A stretch of 64,000 nt of DNA from positions 49,081-113,080 of the IMG/VR virus record IMGVR_UViG_3300032331_001766. One strand, written 5' to 3'. Position 1 is the first letter of the stretch; every line of letters begins with the position of its first letter. Both the position numbers and the translations under genes were made by a program. This stretch comes from a virus. Under the pieces are notes generated by a model that was given only the letters and a program-made list of their open reading frames with translations, made no database searches and had not been told where the DNA came from. Positions 19,251 to 30,171 of this stretch are shown here, in pieces.

Positions 19251-22200
19251 TGATTACTGCATCCGATGATTTAAAAAATGTATTAAAGCAAAATGTCTCA
19301 GTAAAGACATCTACTCAGACTACCATCGAATATAATATGAACTCATTAATTGATGGTATAACTGTCACATCTACAAATACAGATACAGAGTATACAAACA
19401 AAATTGAAAATTGGCCAAGCGGAAAGCCAAACCCATTTAAAAAACTTTTTCCAATGGATTCAGTTATTAAACCATTTAGACCATTAAATCCTGGAATCAG
19501 ATATTTTATATTTAATACTAATGATCCTTATAAAGCTATAATTGATCCACGTAAAATTTCTTACCCAACAGCAAGTCCTAGAACTTACTATCCAGGAATA
19601 TCAACTTTTTATAAATATTGGGTAAGCCCAGAAGGTTCAAATGCTAATCTTACAGTAACATACAAACAAACTTCATCAACAGGCGGAAACAAAGCAGCAC
19701 TTGCAAATAAGATAATTATAAGATTTGAAAAATATCATCAGCTTCCTTCTGGATACACTGTAACAATTACACCAGTAACTGGATCTCCAATAACAACTTC
19801 TACATATACAGCAGATTCTAATGGACAAGCTGCAATATATTACAACGGAACTACGTGGACAAATATTGCACCATCAGAACCAGTTTCATATGCTTCACCG
19901 CAAGAAATTAAATCAATTACTTTAAATGCAACAAATCCAAGCGGCACAAATATAATTGGAGTTATAGAGTTATCTGCTAGATGGATAAAAGATATATCTT
20001 CAGACATTATAGATTTTTCTGTAAACAAAGAATCTTCTGATTCAGCAGATGGCATTCTTCCAGTTGGAATTGTAACAGCCAATACCTTAAGCATAAATTT
20101 AGTTAAATATGATCAGACAGCTCTTAAGTATGTAAACTATAATAGAGAGTCTACCTCTTTTGATAGCACACTCACCTACCTTGCAAAGAATGCTGAAATT
20201 AAAACATACATAAATGTTCATCATGCAGCAGGCTCAATAACAAACGGATCTGATAAATACGATAAGCTAATCCAAGGAACATTCTATATTGACTCCTCTG
20301 AAATTGGAGAATATGGAGATGTATCTTTAACTGCGTTAGACTCAGCAAAGTATCTAATGGAAACTTATGCCCCAGAGATTATATGCGAAGACTATCCAGT
20401 TACTGCAATATTTAGAAGACTACTAGACTCAGTAGGGTTTTCTAATTACGGATTTAACATTAAAGATAACGAAACATCTGTACCCACAATTCAGTATTGG
20501 TGGAGCGATGGAACGCTAACTGTATGGGAAGCAATACAAGAATTATGTAGAGATATTCAAATGAACGCATTTGTAGATGAGAATAACATTCTTCAATTTT
20601 ATAGCAGAGACTACATATATGATGCAAGTACTAGAACTACCAACTGGGGATTTAATTATGCCACCGACGGCACAACCCTTGCAAACATAGTACAGTTCTC
20701 ACAAAAAGAAGTTTCATCAGCAAACTCAGTAAAGGTTTTATGGCAAAGCCCATTGACATCAAACTACAATGGAACATCTGGCCCACTCTGGGAATCAGCA
20801 GAAGCATTTCTATCTGCAGGTGCTTTAAGAAAAACAATTACAGCAAACTCAAATGCAGCAAGTACCGAGCTTTCTATTGATACAGTTGTGCTCGATAACT
20901 ACTCTTTACAATACAGTTTATATAATTTTCAAGGATACGTTCTTATTGATTCTGAAATAATAGAGTTTGATGCAATTGAATATCAGTATACAGATCTTTC
21001 TAATGCACCTCAAGTAGCGTGGCTAACATCTCAGTCAGATGTAAGCAAATATCGTGCATTATCTAAACCAGGATATGCAGATCCTAAGCTTCCAGAAACT
21101 GCATACTTTAAGCCATCAGGCAGATACAGAGTTAAAACCAGAGGGGCGCTTGGAACAACACCAGCATTTCATGCTGCAACAGCAAATACAAGATTAAGCG
21201 AATGGTCTCAATATACAAACAATGGATCTGGTAAAGTCGGTTCAATTACATCAATACCACTAGACCCGTCAACAGCAAATAAATATAAATCATATTTAAC
21301 AATATCTAATACTAATACTGCAGCAAAAAGTTATAGCTTAGCTTATAGGCCATTTAGCGCAGTTACAATTCCATCTAGCACAAACGTAACTGTAACTGGA
21401 GAAAGCGGAACAGTAACAGTAAAGAGTTACACAGAATCGTATTTTAGTTTTGGAACAACATTATTTATTCAATCTGATATTACTGATACAAAAGGAAAGT
21501 ATCCAAAGCAAGGTGGAGGTCTAGGATTCTTTGTAAATTCTTCTGGATCAGATGGCTACTTTATTTTATTAGAAACATTGTCTTCTGCTGCTTCAACTGG
21601 ACAAAAAACAATTAGAATAGCAAGAATGAAAGCTGGCGTACTTACAACTTTAACTGATAGCCAGAAGACTGATCAAAAAACTTTATCAGCAGTATTTGGA
21701 AATCAGTCACACATTATAGATGTAAAAGTAAAACTATTAGGTAAGTTTATTTATATAGATGCATATATAAATGGATTTAAAATATCCGCAGTAGACCAAG
21801 CAACAGCAGCCAATGCTGGCCTAATAGCTCCAACAACAAACGCTGGACTAATTTGCCACCTACCAAGCACTACTGGAATATATGATTATATATATGGAAT
21901 TGATATATCAAAAGCTAAATATATTTCTGGAACATCAAATATTTATCAAGGACAATTTTCAAACGATTTAGTCGAGACTGCTTTCGGAGACATCATATAT
22001 AATGCAAATACTTCAGAAGACGGCATACCAGTAACTAAGACCTCGATAGATGAATTTGGAACTGTGGTTAGAGAGATAGCTAAGGTTACAACTAAGTTTG
22101 ATAGCCGACCAGCATATCCTCTTAAATGGACAACAGGCATGAATAAGTTTGCAAAGATACTTGGTTCAAAAGTTTCAAACTTTGGCGGGGAAGCATACGT

Positions 22201-22597
22201 GCTAAACAATTCATCATCTACTATTCCTTTGGCAGATGGAGGATTTTCAAACTTCTATGTATACGGAAACACATTAGGTCAATCGGGGCAGCTAGAATAT
22301 TCAACAGATGAGTCTGCAGAATATGCAAACAAAGAGCCTGTCGTATTTGAATCTAAATGGATTCAGTCTTTGTCGGATGCAAAAGCTTTGGCCACATGGA
22401 TTAAGCAAAAAGTTATAAACAGAGGTAAGATTGTAGAGCTTTCAATATTTGGAAATCCAATTATTGGGGTTGGTGATATAGTTACAATTAATTATCCTTA
22501 TAATGGATTTGCGGGCACCGAAAAACTTATTGTTACAAACGTTAATCAGTCATACTTTGAAGGATTGGAGACTACCATTAGCTGCAGAACCCTGTAG
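19250..22597 (+). CDS. Large minor tail protein (baseplate hub-like)
   Basis: TVWEAIQELCRDIQMNAFVDENNILQF and C-terminal IFGNPIIGVGDIVTI motifs; ATG 19250 overlaps the upstream stop (TAATG). Confidence 0.7.
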   Translation: MITASDDLKNVLKQNVSVKTSTQTTIEYNMNSLIDGITVTSTNTDTEYTNKIENWPSGKPNPFKKLFPMDSVIKPFRPLNPGIRYFIFNTNDPYKAIIDPRKISYPTASPRTYYPGISTFYKYWVSPEGSNANLTVTYKQTSSTGGNKAALANKIIIRFEKYHQLPSGYTVTITPVTGSPITTSTYTADSNGQAAIYYNGTTWTNIAPSEPVSYASPQEIKSITLNATNPSGTNIIGVIELSARWIKDISSDIIDFSVNKESSDSADGILPVGIVTANTLSINLVKYDQTALKYVNYNRESTSFDSTLTYLAKNAEIKTYINVHHAAGSITNGSDKYDKLIQGTFYIDSSEIGEYGDVSLTALDSAKYLMETYAPEIICEDYPVTAIFRRLLDSVGFSNYGFNIKDNETSVPTIQYWWSDGTLTVWEAIQELCRDIQMNAFVDENNILQFYSRDYIYDASTRTTNWGFNYATDGTTLANIVQFSQKEVSSANSVKVLWQSPLTSNYNGTSGPLWESAEAFLSAGALRKTITANSNAASTELSIDTVVLDNYSLQYSLYNFQGYVLIDSEIIEFDAIEYQYTDLSNAPQVAWLTSQSDVSKYRALSKPGYADPKLPETAYFKPSGRYRVKTRGALGTTPAFHAATANTRLSEWSQYTNNGSGKVGSITSIPLDPSTANKYKSYLTISNTNTAAKSYSLAYRPFSAVTIPSSTNVTVTGESGTVTVKSYTESYFSFGTTLFIQSDITDTKGKYPKQGGGLGFFVNSSGSDGYFILLETLSSAASTGQKTIRIARMKAGVLTTLTDSQKTDQKTLSAVFGNQSHIIDVKVKLLGKFIYIDAYINGFKISAVDQATAANAGLIAPTTNAGLICHLPSTTGIYDYIYGIDISKAKYISGTSNIYQGQFSNDLVETAFGDIIYNANTSEDGIPVTKTSIDEFGTVVREIAKVTTKFDSRPAYPLKWTTGMNKFAKILGSKVSNFGGEAYVLNNSSSTIPLADGGFSNFYVYGNTLGQSGQLEYSTDESAEYANKEPVVFESKWIQSLSDAKALATWIKQKVINRGKIVELSIFGNPIIGVGDIVTINYPYNGFAGTEKLIVTNVNQSYFEGLETTISCRTL

Positions 22598-22621
22598 TAT
22601 TCCAAATGGTATAATGATAAA

Positions 22622-23005
22622 ATGAGAATTCCAATACAACAAATCGTAGACGCAGCACCAATTGTTATTGACGAGAACGATCCAGATTTAGTTTTTCTTA
22701 ATCCAAAAAAAGTAATAACAACTAAAAATGGAAAAGCGGTATACGATAAATATGTTGGATATGTACCAGGCGGAGACGGAGGAAATGGAGGAGGAGATGG
22801 CCCACCAGAACCACCAGAGCCACCAAAACCACCAGTTAAACCAGATATACCAAGTTTAAGTGATATAGAAAGTATTACTTACGAACAATATTATGATTCT
22901 TCAAATAAGGCTAGAATTAAAGCTATAATTAAAATAAGAAATTCTAGCTCAAAGGCACAAGAAGTAGAAGGGGTAGATGCTAGGATATATGACCCTAGCT
23001 CATGA
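22622..23005 (+). CDS. Hypothetical tail-region protein with Gly/Pro-rich linker
   Basis: GGDGGNGGGDGPPEPPEPPKPPVKP; promoter immediately upstream. Confidence 0.6.
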   Translation: MRIPIQQIVDAAPIVIDENDPDLVFLNPKKVITTKNGKAVYDKYVGYVPGGDGGNGGGDGPPEPPEPPKPPVKPDIPSLSDIESITYEQYYDSSNKARIKAIIKIRNSSSKAQEVEGVDARIYDPSS

Positions 23006-23006
23006 T

Positions 23007-23930
23007 ATGATAAAAGGAACTTATATTTTTAAAGAGAACGGCATAGAGGTTGCACGTTCATCTAATGTTATAACAAAATTTGGAAAAAGATTTCTTACAA
23101 ATTTTATAGCTGGCAATGTTGACTTTAACAATAAAGATTTAGCCATAGGAATTGATTCAACTGCGGCTACGGTTAATGATACAAGACTAGGATTTGAGTT
23201 CTATAGATTACCTGTAGAATTTGGATCAACGGATATTCAAACAACAGGCGGAACAACAACATATTCTGTTGTATATAAAACAACTATACCTGTAGATGTG
23301 TCTGGAACAATATCAGAGGTTGGCTTATATCCATCAACAAGACTTTCTACAAACAACTACGATAGTAAATTTTTAGCAGACTTTAATAGCTACTTAGACT
23401 GGTATGATCCATCTGGTAATCATCCAGCAGTATCTACAACTGGTCCAAAAATTGGAGACAATGTTATTACAATGACTTCAAATGGAACATCTACAAAAGA
23501 ATACACATTACCTTTATCTGGATTAGATATATCAGGATATAGCGTAAACGATTCTATTAAGCTAGCTTATTACAAAAACGATGCAAATCTTGAAAAGATA
23601 GTTATTAAATTTTATAGCTCAGACACAGACTACTACTATTATAATTTAGCTGCAGCTTCTGGAACTGGGTATAAGATAAGCAGCGACATTTTGCTAAGCT
23701 CATTAGTGGCATTTGGTTCACCAAATAAATCTGCAATAAATAAAATTGGAATAGTAATTGATCCACTATCATCCGCAACAACTGTTGGTCTTGACGGACT
23801 AAGGATAAATGATGAAGATACCTTTGACCCAATCTTTGGAATCATTAGTAGATCTGTTTTAGGATCAGCATTAACAAAATTAGCTGGAAGACAAGTAGAC
23901 ATAGAGTATCGGTTAGACTTGGGATTCTAA
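23007..23930 (+). CDS. Tail/baseplate protein
   Basis: NVITKFGKRFL...LAIG...DTRLGFEFYR...ISEVGL, resembling tail collar/fibre-base domains; start at MIKGTY. Confidence 0.55.
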   Translation: MIKGTYIFKENGIEVARSSNVITKFGKRFLTNFIAGNVDFNNKDLAIGIDSTAATVNDTRLGFEFYRLPVEFGSTDIQTTGGTTTYSVVYKTTIPVDVSGTISEVGLYPSTRLSTNNYDSKFLADFNSYLDWYDPSGNHPAVSTTGPKIGDNVITMTSNGTSTKEYTLPLSGLDISGYSVNDSIKLAYYKNDANLEKIVIKFYSSDTDYYYYNLAAASGTGYKISSDILLSSLVAFGSPNKSAINKIGIVIDPLSSATTVGLDGLRINDEDTFDPIFGIISRSVLGSALTKLAGRQVDIEYRLDLGF

Positions 23931-23931
23931 A

Positions 23932-26241
23932 ATGGCATATGAGGATTTACTTAAAGATACGAGTGCGGTAGCACCAGATGATAATAACAAGTTTATTATC
24001 ACTATACTCGACCTTAATTTAAGTACTACATATCCAATTCAGTTTAGATGGAAATATAAAGACGGAACATTTGGTAAATGGTCTACATCTAAACTATTAA
24101 CAACTCCTGGAGAATCGTTTCCAGATACACCAGGATTTTCCCAGACAGACGTAGTTGGCGGTCCAGAGTATATCAAAGTAACTTGGGGCGGATTAAATGC
24201 TTCTGGAAATGCATTTACAAATTATGACAGAATAGATGTTTATATATCTGGTTCGCCATTTGATGGGTCTAAACCAGCAGCATCTTTTAAAACTCCTGGC
24301 ACACAAATATTAAAAGCGCCTCAAGGCGAGTATCTTGTTGCATTATATGCGGTATCAGTTGCTGGTACTCGCTCAGCAGTAAGCGCAGATTTCTCAGTTA
24401 TAGTAACTGCACAAGGCGAAACAATTGAGACACCAACAAACCCAAATGGTTTTTCAATAGATAGAGTCCTGGGAGGAATATTAGTTAATTGGGCTGGTAC
24501 ATATGCCAATGGAACATTCACAGGATTTGAGGCTATAAAAATATATGTCGGTACAAGTGCAACTGCAACACCTGGCACATATAAAGAGGCTGGTGTTTTA
24601 ACAGGAAACAATGTAAAAAATACAATAACTATTCCAGTTGATGGAACCTATGTTAGATATAATCTACCAGTATACGTTCATGCAGCAGCAGTAAATAAAA
24701 ATGCAGTTGTTGGCACACTACAACAAAATGTCGCAAGCGATTTACTTGGCGCAAGATCTGCAATATCTTCTGATTTGGCAGATGAGATTATTACAAATGC
24801 TAAATTAGTTGCAGACTCAGTAACTGCAACAAAAATTGCATTAGGTGCAATTACAGAAGTTAAAATTGATACTGGCGCTATAACAGCAGCAAAAATTGCT
24901 GCGGGTGCAGTTACAGAAACTAAAATTGCAGATAATGCTATTAGCTCTCCTAAAATTGTAGCGGGAGCAATTGATGCTGGTAAAATTGCAGCAGGAGCAA
25001 TTACGGCAGAAAAAATAGATGCTTTAGCAATTAGCGCAGATAAAATTCAGGCAAATGCAATTACCTCAGATAAAATTGTTGCTAATGCTATTACTGCTGG
25101 TAAAATTAATGCATTAGCAATTACTTCAGAAAAAATTGCAGCAGATGCTATTACTGCAACTAAAATTAAAGCAGGAGAAATTGATGTTTTAAAACTAGCA
25201 GCTGGAACAATATCTGTCAATAATTTAGAGTCTGGAACAATAACAAGTACTTCCTATATACGAGCAGGTAGCAAAAATATTTCCACGGGACTTGGCGCAA
25301 GAGTAGAAATTTCTTCAGCAGCAATTGAAGACGGAACAGTAGATATTGCAGCAGGACTTTATGTTTATAATTCATCTGGAGTTGCAGTATTAAGTGCTCC
25401 GCTGTCTGGTGGATTAACAATTCAAGGCGGAGGAACATTTACTGGAGACTTGTCAGTAGGTTCTGGATCATCTAAATTTGGATCAGACTCAAATGGTATC
25501 TGGCTTGGCTCAGATACATATTCAACTAACTCAACATTTCGTGTAAGCAGAAGCGGATATATGACAGCAAACTCTGGAACTGTTGGAGGCTGGAGTTTAA
25601 CTGATAGCTATATGCAAAACGGCGCTGGTACATTTAAAATTAGTAGCGCAGACTCTGCAGTTTATGTAGGTAACAGTGCAAGTACACATATTAGAATTAG
25701 TGCATCTGGTGGAATTGCAACATATAATGGCGGATCTCAAGTTTCAGGATTTAATTTAAGTACTGATGGGACATTAACATTAAAAGGAAGTATTACTGCA
25801 ACTACTGGATATATTGGAAACCCAGCATCTGGAAACTCTTGGACAATTGGTTCTGATGGAATAACATCTAATGGATCTGCAAAAATTCAAGTTGGTGATT
25901 ATACAATTACTAGCGTTAGCAATACAGACTTTACTATATCACAAGCAAGTAATGGTTATAATTTATTAAAGACTGAATCAGTTTCTGGGGCTACAGATTC
26001 CCCATTAAGAATATTTCTTGGAAATAGCATAAGACAGGTTGAGGTAGCAAAACCAGCTCAAATATCTGGAAACGGAACTTCTAATTATGATGGATATAAT
26101 GCAACAACTACAAATGCTTATAGATCTGGTGGACTTAGAAATATGTATACTGTTTCAAAGAGTAACTTAATTTCATCAATATATCCTTCCGCCTCAAATG
26201 GAGACGTTCTTTTAGTTTATGATTCAACAGTAGGTATTTAA
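23932..26241 (+). CDS. Tail fibre protein (Fn3-like domains plus 10-aa repeats)
   Basis: Fn3-like beta modules, tandem AGAITAEKI-type repeats and a Gly/Ser/Thr-rich C-terminus. Confidence 0.75.
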   Translation: MAYEDLLKDTSAVAPDDNNKFIITILDLNLSTTYPIQFRWKYKDGTFGKWSTSKLLTTPGESFPDTPGFSQTDVVGGPEYIKVTWGGLNASGNAFTNYDRIDVYISGSPFDGSKPAASFKTPGTQILKAPQGEYLVALYAVSVAGTRSAVSADFSVIVTAQGETIETPTNPNGFSIDRVLGGILVNWAGTYANGTFTGFEAIKIYVGTSATATPGTYKEAGVLTGNNVKNTITIPVDGTYVRYNLPVYVHAAAVNKNAVVGTLQQNVASDLLGARSAISSDLADEIITNAKLVADSVTATKIALGAITEVKIDTGAITAAKIAAGAVTETKIADNAISSPKIVAGAIDAGKIAAGAITAEKIDALAISADKIQANAITSDKIVANAITAGKINALAITSEKIAADAITATKIKAGEIDVLKLAAGTISVNNLESGTITSTSYIRAGSKNISTGLGARVEISSAAIEDGTVDIAAGLYVYNSSGVAVLSAPLSGGLTIQGGGTFTGDLSVGSGSSKFGSDSNGIWLGSDTYSTNSTFRVSRSGYMTANSGTVGGWSLTDSYMQNGAGTFKISSADSAVYVGNSASTHIRISASGGIATYNGGSQVSGFNLSTDGTLTLKGSITATTGYIGNPASGNSWTIGSDGITSNGSAKIQVGDYTITSVSNTDFTISQASNGYNLLKTESVSGATDSPLRIFLGNSIRQVEVAKPAQISGNGTSNYDGYNATTTNAYRSGGLRNMYTVSKSNLISSIYPSASNGDVLLVYDSTVGI
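24781..25230 (+). repeat. 30-nt/10-aa coding tandem repeat in tail fibre
   Basis: About 14 imperfect copies of (A)xA[IV]TxxKI; AAAATT recurs every 30 nt. Confidence 0.85.
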
Positions 26242-29200
26242 ATGGGAATGTTTTTAAAAGATTCTTCAGGAACATTTAGAAGTATTCCAAAAATATTTTT
26301 AAAAAACTCTGATGGCACATGGAGAGGTGTAGTTTCTGCCTACTTAAAAGATTCACTAGGAACATGGAGACTATTTTTTGGTGCAGAATACTTAAACCCT
26401 TCTGTGCTATTTGAGCCAGCTTTAGTATCAAATGACTCCATTGGTAGATTTAAGCAAGGCTCGACTTTAAGTTTAGATAGAGGTATATGGGACGGAAGCC
26501 CAACATCATATTCTTTAACAATTCAAGGTACTTTAGATAGTGGCGCTACCTGGACTGATTTTGCAACAGGATCTGGAACAAGTGTAACTTATCTTTTAAA
26601 TATAAGTGATGTGATGTATCCTTCATATTCATTTAGAGGTAAAGTAGTTGCAACAAATACTTATGGGTCTACAACTTTTTATACATTAATAACACCATCA
26701 ATATTAAGTTTGCAAATAAATGGAATCGTATCTTTACCAACTCAAAATGGAGCAACATTCTCTTGGACAGTAAATCCTTCAACTTCAGGATATAGAGCTT
26801 CCCAAAGAATAGAATTTTATTCAGTTTCAAATCCGTCGGTAACTCCAGTATATACATATAATGTTCCTACTAATTCAGCAAACTCTGCAGTAGTAAGCAA
26901 TGCAGCTCTTACTACATCAACACAATATAATGCTGTCATAAAAATTGTTTCTTTAGATAGCTCTAATACAGTTAACTTTAGCAGCGATATATTATTTACT
27001 ACAGCATCTTCTTTGGTAAATACAGTTGCTCCATCAATTACTGGAACAAAACAAGAGGGACAAACAGTCACAGCTAATCCAGGAACCTGGTCTGGAAATG
27101 GAACAATTACTTATGCATATCAATGGCAGTATGCAGTGCAAACTGCTGGATCTAATTATTCTTATTATGATATACCAGGAGCTACTGGAAGCACTTACTT
27201 TATACCTTATAACTATAATGAAACATATGTTGATAAGGGAATAAGGCTAAAGGTTACAGCAACTACAGTAGATACTCCAGGAGGAGTAATTGCTTATTCT
27301 CAAAGCTATGCAGTTGCAGATTTTGCAGTTCCAGTTGGAACAGATGATACAGTTACATTTTCACGAGATTCTTCCAGTAATTATAATTTTTCAATAACAA
27401 ATACAGGAACTTGGACTGGTACTCCAACATCTTATAGATACCAATGGTATACATACGAGTCAACATTTGGAGGAAACTATTCCTGGTTTCCAGTATCTGG
27501 AGCAACATCTAGTACATTTAATGCTTCAGGAGTAAAGTTATTTGAAATTATGCCAATTGTTTGGGCTTCAAATCCTGGAGGAGAAAGCGATACTGGATAC
27601 AGTTTAACTAATACAAATGGAACTAGACCTGCTGGTAACATAGGATCTATATCTGCAGCTGCAACACAGGTAGTAAAATATACCGCTCCAATCATTGGTT
27701 CTTTTTCTGTTACTGGTGGAGCTGGATCTATAACATATAGTTATTCCGTAACTGGAGATGATCCAACCAAAACATTAGCAATATCTTATTCTGGTGCAGC
27801 TACAGGTAGTTTTACTCCAGCAGCAAGCGGATCTACGCAGACTGGTCTGGCCGCAGGAACATATAACTTTGTTTTAACTGCAACAAACTCCGTAAGTGGA
27901 AATAGTTATTTTGTAACATCAACAGTTGCAAATATTATTGTAACAGCACCACTAACAGCTCCAGTAAATACTTTAGCCCCAGCAGTAACTCCAGTAACTG
28001 GAACAGCTGGAGTAACAACATACACTTCAACAACTGGAACATGGACTGGAAACCCAACACCAACTTATGCTTATCAATGGCAAACCAACGATCAAGGTTC
28101 TTTGTGGGTTTCTATATCTGGAGCAACTTCATCTACATATTCTCCAGCTAGTAATTATACTTCTGTATATAATAATACATTAAGGTGCAGAGTTACTGCA
28201 ACAAATAGCCAAGCTAGCGTTGCTGCATTTTCTAATGAAGTTGTAGTTAATACACCTCAATATACAGTTACATATGATTATCAATCAGCCACAGGAGGAA
28301 ATACAACAGCTTCTGCTACTGTAAATGCTGGTTCATCAACATCTCTTCCAACCCCAACTAGAACAAATTACACATTTGGTGGATGGTATACAGCAATTAC
28401 TGGTGGTACATTTATTGGAAACGGGGGATTTGCTTATACTCCAACAGCAAGCATTACTTTATATGCAAGATGGACAGCCATAAACTGGACAGTGAGTTGG
28501 GATGCAAATGGTGGAACCGTTAGCCCAACATCAAACACTGGAATACAGGGTTCAACAGTAACTGCGCCAACACCTACCCGTACAAACTTTACATTTTTAT
28601 ACTGGAGAGATTCTTTATCTGCAGTAAGCTATCTGTATCAGCTAAGCGCAGGCGGAACATGGACACAATCACAAACTATAACATTCTATGCTTGGTGGCA
28701 ACAAATTACATATGTTGTTACCTATAATGCTAACAGTGGAACCGTTAGCCCAGCATCTGCAACAGTAAATGCTGGATCTGCAACAACGCTTCCTACTCCA
28801 ACAAGATCTGGGTTTACATTTAATGGATGGTATACAGCAGCATCTGGGGGAACCTTAGTAGGAGCAGCAGGAGGATCCTATACACCAACTGCAGCAATTA
28901 CACTATATGCACAATGGACTGCAGTAGTAGTTAACTACACTATGACTTGGAGAGCAAATGGTGGTTCTAGCGGAGATCAAACAACAGGGCCGTTTGCATC
29001 AGGCAGTGCACATACTGCACCAAGCCCAGGAACAAGGGCTGGATACACATTTGCTGGTTACTACGACACAGCTTCTTTAGATTTTACAGTTGGGCCAATT
29101 GCATCTGGTGGAACTTATACTCCAACAGCTAATACCACACTACAGGCAAGATGGACTGCAATAGTTCCGAGCATTACTCAAATTGTTGTTTCTGGAAACG

Positions 29201-29523
29201 TAACTGCGGGAGTTACATGTGCAGTTACTGGGACAAATATGGGCTCTATACAGTATACATTTTATGCCAGAGATACAGGCACAAGCGCTTGGACTCAAAT
29301 TTCTGCTGGTACTGCAGCTCCATCTAGCGCAACATCTGCAAGCATTTCTACAACTGGTTCTGTAGGAACTTTGCCAGATCAATACTATGTTGATATGCAG
29401 CCATTTTTTGGAGCAAGATCTACATCTGGAGCTAATGGGGGAACTGGAACTGCTGGTACGCTAAGATCTACATCTGGAAGTCCAAAAAATAATCAATCAG
29501 GATCGGTAACGGTAAACTTCTAA
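26242..29523 (+). CDS. Virion adhesin/fibre with Ig-like and InlB B-repeat (Listeria-Bacteroides repeat) domains
   Basis: Repeated NTxAPxxTG...GTWxG...YAYQW modules, then four YxVTYxANGG...PTPTRxxYTFxGWY...TLYARW repeats (about 28261-29160). Confidence 0.75.
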   Translation: MGMFLKDSSGTFRSIPKIFLKNSDGTWRGVVSAYLKDSLGTWRLFFGAEYLNPSVLFEPALVSNDSIGRFKQGSTLSLDRGIWDGSPTSYSLTIQGTLDSGATWTDFATGSGTSVTYLLNISDVMYPSYSFRGKVVATNTYGSTTFYTLITPSILSLQINGIVSLPTQNGATFSWTVNPSTSGYRASQRIEFYSVSNPSVTPVYTYNVPTNSANSAVVSNAALTTSTQYNAVIKIVSLDSSNTVNFSSDILFTTASSLVNTVAPSITGTKQEGQTVTANPGTWSGNGTITYAYQWQYAVQTAGSNYSYYDIPGATGSTYFIPYNYNETYVDKGIRLKVTATTVDTPGGVIAYSQSYAVADFAVPVGTDDTVTFSRDSSSNYNFSITNTGTWTGTPTSYRYQWYTYESTFGGNYSWFPVSGATSSTFNASGVKLFEIMPIVWASNPGGESDTGYSLTNTNGTRPAGNIGSISAAATQVVKYTAPIIGSFSVTGGAGSITYSYSVTGDDPTKTLAISYSGAATGSFTPAASGSTQTGLAAGTYNFVLTATNSVSGNSYFVTSTVANIIVTAPLTAPVNTLAPAVTPVTGTAGVTTYTSTTGTWTGNPTPTYAYQWQTNDQGSLWVSISGATSSTYSPASNYTSVYNNTLRCRVTATNSQASVAAFSNEVVVNTPQYTVTYDYQSATGGNTTASATVNAGSSTSLPTPTRTNYTFGGWYTAITGGTFIGNGGFAYTPTASITLYARWTAINWTVSWDANGGTVSPTSNTGIQGSTVTAPTPTRTNFTFLYWRDSLSAVSYLYQLSAGGTWTQSQTITFYAWWQQITYVVTYNANSGTVSPASATVNAGSATTLPTPTRSGFTFNGWYTAASGGTLVGAAGGSYTPTAAITLYAQWTAVVVNYTMTWRANGGSSGDQTTGPFASGSAHTAPSPGTRAGYTFAGYYDTASLDFTVGPIASGGTYTPTANTTLQARWTAIVPSITQIVVSGNVTAGVTCAVTGTNMGSIQYTFYARDTGTSAWTQISAGTAAPSSATSASISTTGSVGTLPDQYYVDMQPFFGARSTSGANGGTGTAGTLRSTSGSPKNNQSGSVTVNF

Positions 29524-29714
29524 TGATAAATAATGATGTTAAAATAGATTTTATTAAACAACACCAGGGAGAGAACCTTGTCCAAATTTCTTTAATACAG
29601 GATCAAATAAAGTTTACTACAGACCAAGTATTAATAGATGAATATAATAATAAAATTAGTGATCTTCTAGCTCAAAATACCGCTCTAGAATCATTAAAAG
29701 AAACACTCATTTGA
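29523..29714 (+). CDS. Small coiled-coil protein
   Basis: Coupled to the fibre gene (TAATG); similar to the next ORF. Confidence 0.6.
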   Translation: MINNDVKIDFIKQHQGENLVQISLIQDQIKFTTDQVLIDEYNNKISDLLAQNTALESLKETLI

Positions 29715-29763
29715 TGTTTGACCAGATCAAATACGAATGCTATAATATGAAAGGAGGCAAAAA

Positions 29764-29976
29764 ATGACATATGAATTAACAACACAGGAAAAGACTGATA
29801 TACTTAATCAGCACCTTAGAAATCTAGAACTATCTATTTATAACCTAACGTTATCAATTCTAGAAGAAGAGGCAAAGTCTACTCCAGAAGCAGCAATTCT
29901 TTCATCATATAACTCTGATCTTTCAGATTTAAATGCAAAGAAGACAGCTTTACTTGACGAATTAGCGTCTCTTTAA
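29764..29976 (+). CDS. Small coiled-coil protein
   Basis: TTGACC-17-TATAAT promoter and GGAGG SD. Confidence 0.7.
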   Translation: MTYELTTQEKTDILNQHLRNLELSIYNLTLSILEEEAKSTPEAAILSSYNSDLSDLNAKKTALLDELASL

Positions 29977-29991
29977 AGAATAGGATATATT

Positions 29992-30171
29992 ATGGATAAA
30001 GCGGAATTAGTAATTACCGCCTTACAACAGCGTATTGGTGAATTGGTATCAAGTTATGAAACTCAGGTTGCAATATTACGTGCAGAGGTTACTCAACTTC
30101 TTGAAAGAGAAAAGGCTAAAGATGAAGCTGTTCAAGAGTACTCAGACTCACTTAATAACCTCACCAACTAA
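29992..30171 (+). CDS. Small coiled-coil protein (59 aa, not in ORF track)
   Basis: MDKAELVITALQQRIGELVSSYETQVAILRAEVTQLL...; AGGA upstream; fills the gap. Confidence 0.7.
   Translation: MDKAELVITALQQRIGELVSSYETQVAILRAEVTQLLEREKAKDEAVQEYSDSLNNLTN

Noticed and set aside
24781-25230. 30-nt periodic repeat as a CRISPR array or DGR
   Set aside because: It is a degenerate in-frame protein repeat with no unique spacers, and no reverse transcriptase is present in the window.
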